64,000 bases of DNA from an uncultured Candidatus Entotheonella sp. (lineage in GTDB: Bacteria > Tectomicrobia > Entotheonellia > Entotheonellales > Entotheonellaceae): the NCBI GenBank assembly GCA_965217185.1, contig OZ244252.1, forward strand, positions 2,688,001-2,752,000, read 5' to 3'. The position numbers were made by a program, and so were the translations under genes. Below are positions 10,153 to 21,825 of the stretch, in pieces (position 1 is the stretch's first letter; the number at the start of each line of letters is the position of its first letter). The notes below the pieces were generated by a model. That model worked only from the letters and a program-made list of their open reading frames with translations. It was not told the origin of the DNA and ran no database searches.

Positions 10153-10896
10153 CTATGGTGTGTTGTTGGTTCCGCCGCCTTGGGGTTCCGGCACCAATTC
10201 GTAGGCGACAGCAGCCGCAAACTCGGCATCGCCCAGGTTTTCGAGCCACCAGTTGGTCACGGGGTTCTGAGGAAACCGGAATACGCCGGCAGGCTCGCCG
10301 CGGCGCAGACCCGGCGGGATATCGAATCGCGACGGGTTCAGGGAAAAGCCCGTGCCGAGCGCCTTGATCAGCGCTTCCTTCATGGTCCACAGGCTGAAGA
10401 ACAAATGAACCTTCTGTTCCCCCCTCGCAAGAGCAAGTTCCGCTTGCTCCGCCGGCGTGAATACCGTCTCCGCAATGCCGTCGAGGTCACGGCGCCCGTC
10501 GCGTTCTTCCACGTCCACGCCGATACGCCCTGCCGCGGCCAATGCGATCAATCCGTGTTGGCCGCCGTGACTGACGTTGAAGCTGATGGGCGCCCGCATC
10601 CCGCCCACCAGGGCGAACGGCTTGCCGTGCGTTAAGGTGTCGAAGGAAAGCGCTTCATTACCGCATCCGAGTTCATCGCAGAGGATGGCACGCAGGGCGG
10701 CGCGGCACAGGGCGAATTCGCGCCGCGGACGGGGATGCAGGTAGCGACGCCGGCGCGCCTGCTCTTGCCGGTCGAGCCACGTCATGGCACGTTTCTCGCG
10801 GTCCGGGCAGGGCGTCAGATCAACATGGATCACCCAAACGTCGCCGCTTTTGTGGAACGGACGCCACCAACGCCCGGCGACCGAAGCAGGCGTCAT
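10153..10896 (-). CDS. Sfp-type 4'-phosphopantetheinyl transferase
   Basis: HGKP, FNVSHGG, IGVDVE, WTMKEALIKALGTG; divergent from the PKS operon. Confidence 0.95.
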   Translation of the reverse strand: MTPASVAGRWWRPFHKSGDVWVIHVDLTPCPDREKRAMTWLDRQEQARRRRYLHPRPRREFALCRAALRAILCDELGCGNEALSFDTLTHGKPFALVGGMRAPISFNVSHGGQHGLIALAAAGRIGVDVEERDGRRDLDGIAETVFTPAEQAELALARGEQKVHLFFSLWTMKEALIKALGTGFSLNPSRFDIPPGLRRGEPAGVFRFPQNPVTNWWLENLGDAEFAAAVAYELVPEPQGGGTNNTP

Positions 10897-10958
10897 AAGC
10901 CCGTCGTTTGGCAACGCGTTGCTCCTCCGTGATACGGATTCGGGCGGCACATACCCCT

Positions 10959-11012
10959 CCCCTCATATGAGGGGTTATGCCTTGACATCCCAATCGTGGC
11001 GCGAAGTATAAC
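10959..11012 (+). promoter_or_regulatory. Candidate operator palindrome plus sigma70 promoter of the STAS/PKS operon
   Basis: Perfect 16-bp palindrome CCCCTCATATGAGGGG (10959-10974), TTGACA (10982-10987), 19-bp spacer, TATAAC (11007-11012). Confidence 0.5.
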
Positions 11013-11144
11013 GCACCCTCGTCTGACCATAGTCTCACCTCAGTATGCTACATCGGAACGGGCTGTTTAACCCAATACTCAATTACGCCAGTGGAACACG
11101 TCCACCCGCGGACACATGTACGTTCAGCATCAAGGGGGAATGCA

Positions 11145-11492
11145 ATGTCAATCAGCGTTACGTGGGAGCGGAAGGAGGGCGTCTTGATCGGGGTGCTCGA
11201 CGGCCGCGTTGACGGCAGCAACGCCAATGAATTTCAGAGCGCCTTGGAGTCCGGCATTGATGCGGCAGACAATGCCCTGATCCTGGACTTTGGAAACGTC
11301 TCCTTCATCAGCAGCGCGGGTCTTCGCGTCGGCCTCGTGATTGCCAGGAAATTCAACGAGCCGGGCAAGAAATTCGGCGTTTGCACGCTTCCTGAACCGG
11401 TCCGCGAGGTTGTCGCGGTGAGCGGTTTCGATCAACTCGGCTCGGTTTATGGATCGCAGGCCGAGGCCATCAAGGCACTCGAGAGCGAGTAA
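11145..11492 (+). CDS. STAS-domain protein (anti-sigma factor antagonist-like)
   Basis: LDGRVD, LILDFGNVSFISSAGLR (phosphorylatable Ser motif), VSGFDQ. Confidence 0.9.
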   Translation: MSISVTWERKEGVLIGVLDGRVDGSNANEFQSALESGIDAADNALILDFGNVSFISSAGLRVGLVIARKFNEPGKKFGVCTLPEPVREVVAVSGFDQLGSVYGSQAEAIKALESE

Positions 11493-11522
11493 CCAGAGCC
11501 CCGTCGCAGAAGGAGCAACGAC

Positions 11523-11876
11523 ATGAGTGAGAGCAACGCCCAACCTCAATCCAGCGAAGAAAAGGTGATGGCGATTCGAAGCGCGGTCGATTTCGATATC
11601 GTCGGCGAAAACATACAGGACATGGCCAATTTCGCCATTGAGAAACACGAATTCAGGAATGCCACAACCCTTTCTCCCGAGGTGCGCGAGGAAGCCGTCG
11701 CCAAGGTCAAGGAGGAACTGTGGCAATTCGTTGAAGAATTGAAGCTACGGCACAAAAAAGCTCTGGAGACCATGTTCAATTTAGCGGACAAGGCGGTCGA
11801 CGAGTCGTCGGCAAGAAGTAAGACTCGCTGTCGGCCCCGCTTGACGCCTGTGAGCGGCCTGCCGAGGGGGCCTTGA
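11523..11876 (+). CDS. Hypothetical helical protein in the PKS operon; true end possibly 11821 if one G is missing
   Basis: RBS AAGGAG; acidic/helical sequence; restoring a G in gagtcgtcggc gives ...DEVVGKK-TAA. Confidence 0.65.
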   Translation: MSESNAQPQSSEEKVMAIRSAVDFDIVGENIQDMANFAIEKHEFRNATTLSPEVREEAVAKVKEELWQFVEELKLRHKKALETMFNLADKAVDESSARSKTRCRPRLTPVSGLPRGP

Positions 11877-11951
11877 AACCTTTGCCGCCAAGATGGAGGA
11901 TGCAGGCAGCGGGTTCTGGAATGGGATCGCCAAGTGCCCTGGAGAGAAAAA

Positions 11952-14900
11952 ATGAGCACCCTGAAGTCCGAAGACGCAGTTGCCATCGTAGGCTACAGCT
12001 ACCGCATGCCGGGCGGCATCCACACGGACGATGATTTCTGGCGCCTGCTCAGCGAACGCGAGATCGTCCAGGAACCGATAACCGACCGCTATGGCAAAGG
12101 CTACCGACCGGTCGGCGGATTCTCCGGCCCGGGTCGGTTCGCCAGTCCCTACGAAGGGTTGATCCGGGAGGATGAGGAGAAGCTCTTCGATCGCAGTCTC
12201 TTCGGATTGTCTCAGAACGAAATGACGCTCATGGACCCGCAGGTAAGGATGCTATTGACCTGCGCCTGGGAGACCTTCGAGCGGGTTGGCTGGAATTTGC
12301 ACTCCTTGCGGAACAGTCCGACAGGCCTTTTCATCGGCGCACAAGTTCCGTCAGTAGCCAGTTGGCGCCCGATGCGCGGTGCCTCTCCGTTTGACGTTAC
12401 GAGCATCAGCCTGGCCATGCTGGCCAACCGCATCTCCTACCACTTCAATCTCATGGGACCGTCAACCACCTACTGCACGGCCTGTTCCGCCAGCCTGACC
12501 GCTTTGCACGCGGCGATGAACGCGCTGCAGTGCGGCGATTGCGAGCAAGCCCTCGTCGGCTCCGTCAATTACCTGGGAACAGCCAGGCTGAGTGCTTCCT
12601 TTAATGCCCTGGGTGTCATCAGCCCGGACGGCAAGTGTCATTCTTTCGACGCGGAAGCCAACGGCTACATGCGCTCGGAGGGGGCGTTCGTTTTTGCGAT
12701 CAAGCCCTTGGAAGCAGCCGAACGTGACGGCGACCCCATCCACGCCGTCGTGGAGGCAACGGCGGTCAATGCGGCCGGCGCCGCCGACGGCAGCGACGGC
12801 CTGGCTCAGGGGCGTTACATCACCGCCCCGACCCGTCACGCACAGGCAGACCTGATGCGTATGGCTTGCGCCCGTGCGGGCCGTGCGCCACAGGATTTCG
12901 ACTATATCGAAGCCCACGCTATCGGCACCGTGGTAGGTGACCGCATTGAAGGAAACGCCATCACCGAAGCGTTCGGCGGTTGCGATCGTGAAGTTCCGTT
13001 ACGAGTCGCCGGTGTGAAAAGCAATTTGGGGCATATAGAAGCCGCGGCGTTTCATTGTGCCCTGCTCAAGGTCGTCCTGATGATGCAACGGCGCACCTTC
13101 GCGCCGATCTCCAAGAATTTTCTGGTACCGAATCCGGAGATCGATTTCGAGAGCTGCCCCATGCAGGTGCAGACGATCCTTGAGCCCTTTCCCGAACGCC
13201 CTGTGGTGATCGGCATCAATTCGTTCGGCTTTGGCGGCGCCAACGGGCACTGCGTGGTAAGGGAATACCGCCCGTCGCAACCTCGCCCCTGGTCTTCGGC
13301 CTTGGCCCCGAAGGCCGGTTTCATGATTCCCTTGTCGGCGCGAACGTCCGGCGCATTGACGCGGAGCGCGCACCAGCTACGGGAAGCGCTAGTCGAGCGG
13401 GAGGTTGACCTCTACACACTGGCCGGCAATCTCAGCCGTCGCCGCACCCATTTTGCCGCCCGCACGGCCTTCGCCGTGCGCAACCAACAAGAACTGGTCG
13501 ATGCGTTGGACGCCTTCGTAGAGGAGCCCACACCGGTCGCCACGGTGGACGAGGGTGAGCGACGGGTCGCCCTGGTGTTTGCCGGACAGGGTACGCAGTG
13601 GGCCGGTTGCGGCCGCGGGCTCTATGACGCGCATCCGGTCTTTCGCCGCGCCATCGACGCCATCGAGGAGCACTGGCGGGAGCACTCTCGCATCTCGTTA
13701 CGGGAGGCCTGTTTTTCCGCTCCGCAAGAGGAACTCAACGAGGTCCAACTCGCCCAGCCCGTCATTTTCATGATCCAGTGCGCGCTGGTGAAATTGCTCA
13801 AGACCTGGGGCGTCTATGCGGATTGCGTGGTCGGCCACAGCTCCGGCGAGGTAGCCGCCGCATACGCCAGCGGAGCCCTGTCGCTGGCGGAGGCAACGCG
13901 CCTGGTGTTCCATCGCGCCACGTTGCAGCAGCGCACCGCCGGTTCCGGCCGCATGCTGGCCATTGGTCTCGACCGGCCAGGGGTGGAGGAACTGCTCGTT
14001 ACGCTGGGGATTCCGTACCGGCCCGAGGAAGGGCCGACCCAGGTGGAGATTGCCTGCGAGAACGCACCAGCCAACACCGTCATCTGCGGCAGGGAAGCCG
14101 CCTTGCGGCCGGTCATGGAGGAGTTGGACCGGCGCAATCTGCAGAATCAGTTGCTGCCGGGCAATATCGCCTTCCACTCCACCGCCATGAACCCGGTCAA
14201 GGACGATGCGCTAGCGGCCCTGTCCTTTCTCAACGAGTGTGACTTCGACGCCGACGTGCCGTTTATTTCCTCGGTGACCGGCGTGAAGACGGAGCGATTG
14301 GACAACGCCTACTGGTGGTCGAATATACGCCGGCCCGTGCTCTTCGCAGCGGCGATGGACACCATCCAGCGGGAGTACCGGCCCGACGTGGTGCTCGAAA
14401 TTGCGCCGCACAGCGCCCTGCAGCCCGCCATCACGCAATGCCTGGAGGGCAACCTTCGACCACCGGTCTGCGTTCCGACGCTGATACGGGACACCGATGT
14501 CTGTCTCGGCTTCCAGGAGGCATTGGGTGCGCTGTTCCGGGCCGGCGTGAACCTGGACTTCCCCGCCCAGTTTCCTCGCCCCGAGCCGATCGCTCACCTG
14601 CTGCCCGGATATCCACGCGACGATCAGACGGCGTCCGACGAGATGAGCGATGACGAAATGTTCCTCAATCTCGGAGAGTACTCCCATGGCCCGCTGATCG
14701 GACATCGGGTGCCGTGTGAACACCTGCTGTTCGAAGCGCGGCTTTCGGAGCGCGACTTCCCTTGGCTGACTGAGCATCGCGTACATCATGCTTCGATCAT
14801 GCCGGCGGCCGGTTACATCGAGCTGCTCCTGCAGGCGTTCGGGGGGGTTCCGCTGCATGTGGAAACGCTGGAATTCCTGCAACCGTGTCCAATTCCCAAA

Positions 14901-17900
14901 ACCCCGGTGCGACTGCACACGGAATTGTTTCCGGTCGCCAACGCGCCGGACGAATTCACCTTCACGATCTCGTCCCGGTCCTATGAGCCCGAGGCGCATA
15001 GCGAACTGCACTCGCGCGGAAAGTTACGCTTGGTGAGCAGCGACTCCCCGGTGAACGTGCCACTGCGTCTGTCCGACATCGACACGGCTGGTTTTGAGCC
15101 CTACTACTTCGTGGGCGAAAGCGACTTCTACGAGCGCATCGACGCCAGCCTAGGCGAGACCTTCCAGTACGGTCCCTATTTCCAAAATATCAAGCGCGTT
15201 CTGTGGGAGGGCAACTCGGCCGACTATTTGTTCGACGTCGAGATGGATGAGCGGCTATGGACGACTGGCCGCGAGGAAGGATACGTCGCGAACCCCGCCC
15301 TGCTCGACGGAGGGCTACAGATATTTCTCTATCATCTGCTGCGCGCGACGGACATCTTCGCCATGCCGAGGCGTGCCCAAGGGGTGACGTTCCTGCGCCC
15401 GCCGACCGGTCCGCGTCTAACCTGTTACGTAAAAAAGGAAAAGGACTGGGCTGACGTGAACGAACTGGGGCAGTTCACGGAACGGCGTGGTGAGCGGTCC
15501 GGGGGCAGTATCCGATTTTACGACGGCGACACCGGTGATCTAATTGCGTGTATCGATGCTTACGTCTCCTTCAACTCCAACCCTCGCTGGAACGAACTGC
15601 CGCAAAGCAAGCACGTTGTCTCGTGGCAGCCCAAGTTCGTCGTCGACGCACAGTCCCTCGCGAACCGCCTTCCGGACGGCGAGATCGAGCCTTCAGCTTT
15701 GATCGCCGCCCTGGAGCAGCCCGGGGACGGCGACCGTCGTGTGTGCCACGTCGTCGAGTTTGCGGGCGACCGTCCCCCTGAAAACCATCCTCAACCAATG
15801 CCTTGACACCCTGGAAGGCGCCGGCACACAGGCCGAGTTTTGGCTGGTCAGCGACACGCAGGAACAGACCCGCGCCCACTACGACGCCCTTCATAGCCAC
15901 GATTCGGCCTTACGCTTCGCTTGCCTGGACCTCGCGGCGGAGCAGACACCGGAGTTGGATGCCGGCCTGCTCCGGCCGCATGCCGCCGAGATCCTATTGC
16001 TCCATGACGACGCCGTGGCGTTGGGACCGGAGCAGTGGCTCCTGCTTTGCCGTTTGGCAGTCCCCGGCGGCTTGGCATTGGTGGTGCACGGCGACGGCAT
16101 AGCGGTCGAGCCGGACGGGGGCTGGACCACGGTGCACGCCGGCCGGGACACGACTCTGCTACAGGCGCCGGACGCGACCGCGGATTCACCCGAGCCGCAG
16201 AAACTCCCTGCGCCCCGATGGGTGATCGGTGAGCCGGACAGCCTGTCCGCGCAGTGGCTGGCACTCCTCGATATGCCCGAGGCATATTCCATTCCGCACG
16301 CAGACCTGGAAGACGACCGTGTCGATTCGCTCGGCGACTGGCCTGGGGCGGCCGACCTGCAGGCAATAGACATCTTCTGCGGAGCCGACGCGCAAGACCC
16401 GACCGGGCAACATCTGGTGACGCGCCTGGCGGCCTTCGTCAAGGCACTGATACCGTTCCGCGTGGAACAGGCACGCCGCCCCTGCCGTTTGACCGTGGTG
16501 ACGCACCGCGCCGCGTTGGACGTGGCGGAACCGCGCGCAAGCGCCGTGTGGGGAGCCCTCCGTAGCATCAGCCAGGAAACCGCCGCAGACGTCGGCACAC
16601 AAGCGGCTATCGATTTTCGGTTGGTGGACCTGGGTTCTGCGGCGGATCTGCAGACGCTGGCTTGGCTCGGCGCGCACGACCTGCGTGAGCGCGAGCTGGC
16701 AGTACGCAATAACCGGGTATGGGCGCCGCGGCTGATCCATGTTCGGGAACGGTCTCCTGTGGTGCCGGCGGGCGAGGAGGCCGCCTACCGGCTGGCCCTG
16801 GACAATCCGGGGCAGATCGGTGGCCTGCAGATGAAGACCTACGAGCCCGCACCATTGGGACCGCACGACGTGGAGATCGACGTGGCGGCGGCGGCGCTCA
16901 ACTTCCGCGACATCATGGTGACGCTGGGGTTGCTGCCGGCGCTCTCCTGCGAGCGGTCGGCCCTCGGTCGCACGGTGGGGATAGAAGCGAGCGGGATCGT
17001 GCGCCGCGTCGGTGATGCCGTAGCCTTTACCCAAGGCGGCTGCATCACCAATCGAGCCGTGGCCAAGGACCACCTGGTGTTTGCCAAACCCCCGTCGCTG
17101 AGCATGGAGGAGGCCGCTTCGGTACTTTCGGTTATGTCACCGCCTACTATTCCCTGGTGTATCTCGCACGCCTGCGCAAGGGCCAACGCGTACTGATCCA
17201 CTCCGCCATGGGCGGTGTCGGCCAGGCGGCGATCGCCTTGGCGAAGCACGTGGGGGCGGAGATCTACGCCACGGCCGGCAGCGAGGGCAAGCGCGAACAG
17301 CTGCACGCTCTGGGCGCGCGCGGTATTTGATTCCCACAGTTTCGACTGGTACGAAGGGGTCATGGAGGCCACCGGCGGCGAGGGAGTGGACGTGGTGCTG
17401 AACTCCCTGGCCGGACGTCACATTACCCTGTGTCTGGAGGCGTTGCGGCCGGGTGGCTGGCACTGCGAGATCGGGAAGGTGGACATCTACGCCGACAACT
17501 CCCTCAGCCTGAGTGTCTTCCGTAAGAACCTGCGCTTCGCGGCGATCGACGTCGACCGTCTGATGAGCGATCACCCGGAGCTGGCACGCGAGCTCTCTCA
17601 GGAGTGCATGGACCTGCTTGATCGGGGCGCCGTACCGCCGTTGCCGATGACCTGCTTCGGGTACCAAGATTATGCCCAGGCGCTGCGCCTGATGACCACC
17701 GGCCAGCACACCGGGAAACTGGTTCTGAAAGCTCCGCCCGCCCCCGGTTCCGAGCGCTTCCCGATTGCAGACCTGCGTCCGTATCTTGACCCCGAAGCGA
17801 CCTACCTGGTCACCGGTGGCCTGGGTGGCTTTGGCAGATTGTTGTTGCCCTATCTGGCGGCCGCCGGCGCGCGCCATCTCACCTTGATGGACCGCGACCC

Positions 17901-18988
17901 GCAGCGCCGTCGAAATAGCGACTGGATACGGAAAACCAGTGCTTTGTGGTACCTCGCAGAGGAGGTCGAGATCGATATCGTCCCGGGAGATGTCGCCCAA
18001 GAGGCGAATGTCCGGCGGTGTATCGACCAACTGCGGCGGCCGCTGAAGGGGGTCTTCCATCTAGCGGGCACATTGGACGACTGCCTGCTGGCCGACCTGA
18101 CGCCCGAATCGCTGGCCAAGGTGTTCGCGCCCAAAGCCGGAGGCGCCCTCAATCTCCATGAAGCGACGGCCAACTGCGCCCTCGACCACTTCGTGCTGTT
18201 CTCCTCGGTGGCCTCGACGTTCGGCAACCCGGGACAGATCAACTACAGTGCCGCCAACGGGTTTCTGGACGGGCTGGCCGCCTTCCGGCGACGCCGGGGT
18301 CTGCCAGCACTGTGCTACAACTTGGCCGCCGTCGCCGAGGCCGGCATGGCGTCGCGCAATCTGCATGTACTACGCATTATGCGGTCGTCCGGCATGCCTC
18401 CCGTCAGCGCCGATTTCTCCATTAGCAATCTCGACTACGCCATGCGCACCATGCAGGACCGGGATCACCTGATCACGGCACTGTTCTCCCGCCCGCCGTT
18501 GACGGTCGACTCACCCGACTACAATGCGAACCGGGCGCGTGCTCAGCAATCCGGACGCGTTTGCGGTCGATTCAGGCGGCCAACTGACGCTGGACACCGT
18601 GGTGGCCCAGATCGCCGGCAAGGTGGCCGAGCTGTGCGGCCACGACGAGGGAGGCCTGGAGGAGCCGTTGTCCAGTTTCGGGCTCACCTCAATCTCGGTT
18701 GCCGAGTTGGGGGCGTTCATCCGGATGCAGTTCAACTATCAGGTCAGCGCTCTCGAACTGATGACCACTGCCTCTTCCCTGTCTCTGGCACAGGACATCA
18801 TCCACGGAAAGAAGGACGTTGAGGAGGACGATGCAGACGCGGTTACGGCTGGACCCGAGGATACGACCCTTGCCGGCAGGCAGGGTGCCCGCCGTACGCC
18901 GTCGGCTTTCGCCAGCCGACTCGAGGACCACTTCCCGGATGGGCACGACGTCGAGTCGCCCTCCCTGGCAGAACTCGCAACCCGTTAA
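11952..18988 (+). pseudogene. Mono-modular highly reducing type I PKS/FAS (KS-AT-DH-linker-ER-KR-ACP), SwfA-like, broken by four frameshifts
   Basis: [67 protein letters not shown] (frame 17133-17330, missing from ORF track); KR TGGLGGFG, GQINYSAAN; ACP FGLTSIS; frameshifts near 15782, 17132, 17320, 18522. Confidence 0.9.
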
Positions 18989-19032
18989 ATCCGCAATGCC
19001 GACCCGAGTTCCATATCACTGGGAGGACAGAT

Positions 19033-21271
19033 GTGACTGAAATCTCTTCCACCGACACCAAAGTCCCGCCGCTCGTTGGGACGCTGCCGCCGCAGTGCCA
19101 GAGAGACGTGGACATCATGCGCCGGTCCATTCACGAGCCTGTCAGGCAGCAGCCACCGGGCGATCCCGTGTCTCCGGCTGATTTTCGGGAAGTCATGTTG
19201 ACCGGGGCGACCGGGTTCATCGGACGTTTTTTCCTGCGCGACCTTTTGCAGCAGAAAACCGATCTGGTCGTGCATTGCCTAGTCCGGGCCGATAGCGCTG
19301 AGGATGGATTCGAGCGCCTGCGCGCTGCCTTGCAAGAGGCGGAACTTTGGGACGAGACGTTCGCATCGCGCATCCGCGTAATCGCCGGCGACATCGGGGA
19401 AGCCCGACCTCGCCATCATGAAGAGAAAGTTTCCGATCGGACTGCTCGGCTACCCCTGGAGCAAGCTGACGTCGGAACAGGTCCTTCTGTTTGCTCAGCA
19501 GGCCGGTATGCCGTTGGCGATCTTCCGGCTGCCGCAGACCGGCATTTCCAGTACGGGATTCGTCCAGGCAAGCGACCTCACGATGAAGATATTGGCCGCG
19601 GTGCTGGACTGCGAAAACATGCCGGCGGGATTCACGTTTCGATCCAGCCACGAGGCGGTCGATACGCTGAGTCGAGTCTGTACGGCCATTTCCTTGAATC
19701 CCAAACGGCGTTTCACGATCTACCATTGCTGCAACCCGCAACTGGACTATTACAACCTCGAACTCGCCGATTTCGGGACCTATTTGCCCGAAGTCTCCTA
19801 CGAGTCATTCAAGCGCGCCTGCCAAGCCCGCAAGAACTCGCCGCTTCACGGGCACTGGGCGGTGCTCGATCATTTTGCGAACTACTGGTTCAGCACGGAC
19901 AAACCGGAGGACGGACTGCCCATTTCTGACCGTGCACTCCGCGAGGACTGTCCGCACCCGATCAAATGGCCGGGTGTGTTGACCAAGCTTCGACACTCCT
20001 ACCAATGGGTCATGGACCACCGGGGGCAATGGCCCCATCCCGTGTCGCAAGGCCGTCTGGACTACGACTGCCTGATCTCCCGGGCGGAGCAATACGCTGA
20101 AGACAACGGCGTCTCCTTCGAACAGGCGTATCCCCCGTGGTTGTGTCGAAACCTGGAGCAATTGGTTCGGGCCGTGAAAACGTCCGAGGTCAAACTATTG
20201 CAGGATAAGCTGCCGGGCCTGGTCTTCGACTTCAGCCGTCTCTTGCGCAACAACGCTGCGTTCGCTCGGGAGCGGATGCAGTACCCGGAGATCGAACAGG
20301 AGGAGATCACGCGCCCGGTTTTCATCGTCGGGATCAATCGTACGGGCACGACCTATCTGCACCGCCTCATGGCCCGCGACCCACGGTTCTGGTCGCTGCG
20401 CGGCTACGAATACGCCGCGCCGGTCCTGACCAAGGAGGAATACGCCACGATTGAGGGCCAAGCGGACGACCCTCGCCGGGCGCGGGTCGAAGAAATGCTC
20501 GAGTCATCCAGGGTCGTCGAGCTCTTCAAGGGAGTTCACGATTTCAACATCGACGAACCGGCGGAAGACTTCCCGATCTTGAGCATGGCCTTCGGATCAT
20601 GGACCTCCACCGTTCGATTCCATGTCCCGGAATTCGGCCGTTGGCTGGCCGCCACCGGGACGCAGTACGCCTACGCCCACCACCGCCGCATCATGCAGAA
20701 CTTTACTTGGCAGCGCCGGCAGCGGCGGCCCGACCACCAGGGGCAGTGGCTGTTCAAGATGCCCTTTCATCTCATGGAGTTGGAGACGCTGGTCGAGACT
20801 TATCCCGACGCCCTCTTCATCCAGACCCACCGGAGCCCCAGCCAGTTCATGGGGTCCTGGAACAGTTTTGTGGAAAAGGCGCGCTCGCTTTCCGTCCATC
20901 CACAGCCGCGAGAAGGCCTCGGTGCCGAGCTCTTGGAGTTCATGAGCAGCATGATGGATCGAGCCGTGTATTTCCGGGAGAGCCATCCCGAGCTGGAGGA
21001 CCGCTGGATAGACGTGAACTACGTCGATCTGGTCGAGAAACCGTTGGCGGTCGTGCGCGGCATTTATGAACGTTTCAACTGGCCGCTGGAGCAGTCGGCC
21101 ATCGACGCCATGGACGACTGGTTGTTCCGGCAGGCACGGCGCCGGCAGCGGGAAACGCGGCACCGCTACGCCCTGGAGGATTACGGCCTCACGCCGGAGT
21201 CGGTCAACAACGCATTTGCACGCTATCGGGGCTTCATCACCAGCCAGGGTATTCGGTCGTCGCGTTTCTGA
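19033..21271 (+). pseudogene. Thioester reductase-sulfotransferase fusion (SwfB-like) with an internal deletion/frameshift near 19405
   Basis: R domain LTGATGFIG, HCLVRA, GYPWSK, IFRLP; sulfotransferase FIVGINRTGTTYLHRL, WLFKMPFH, IQTHRSP; the segment normally between GD..xP and GYxxSK is absent. Confidence 0.88.
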
Positions 21272-21609
21272 GTCCACCATACCCGCAGTCTGGCGTCCGC
21301 CGCTACGCCCCCCGCTCGAGATGCGTCCCGTTTTAGGAGATCCCGGACGCTTCCGATCGTCCTATTCTCACCCGCCTGCGTGAAGATTTTGAAACTACTA
21401 CTTTCAAATGAACCACTTTCTGCCACCCTCTTCGCCATCAGTCTGATGGGTATCGAGTTCGTCGACGATCTTTTTAGCATGGCGGGCGATTGCTTCGTTC
21501 ATTCTCCCTTCGGTCCTCACACCAGGGACCTGTCGTGCGTGCTGCCAAAGAACCAAATGCGACTGGGTTCGGGCGCATGTGACATGTACGGTCAGCGAAA
21601 ATCCGGGGC

Positions 21610-21773
21610 GGCACGACCCTGGACGCCATGGTGCGCGAATATCTGGTATCCGTTGCGGAGTTTGACGCCGCTGTACGGCAGGGAGCAGGCTGACAGCCTT
21701 ATGGCGTCCACCGAACGCTTGGCGCGTGATGGGGCCGCGCAACTGGACGCGGAACCACATCTGTGAGGAAAGA
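21610..21773 (+). pseudogene. Remnant of a small RHH/DUF6364-like antitoxin
   Basis: Frame pieces GTTLDAMVREYLVSVA and MGPRNWTRNHICEER resemble the middle and C-terminus of such antitoxins; no intact start, frames broken. Confidence 0.4.
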
Positions 21774-21825
21774 ATTGCCAAGCGGGCAGATCTGAATACC
21801 GCATGATTGCAAAATGGAGCACACC

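Noticed and set aside
10960..10985. Third Xer-like site (CATAT-GAGGGG-TTATG)
   Set aside because: Both outer arms diverge strongly; better explained by the palindrome and promoter.
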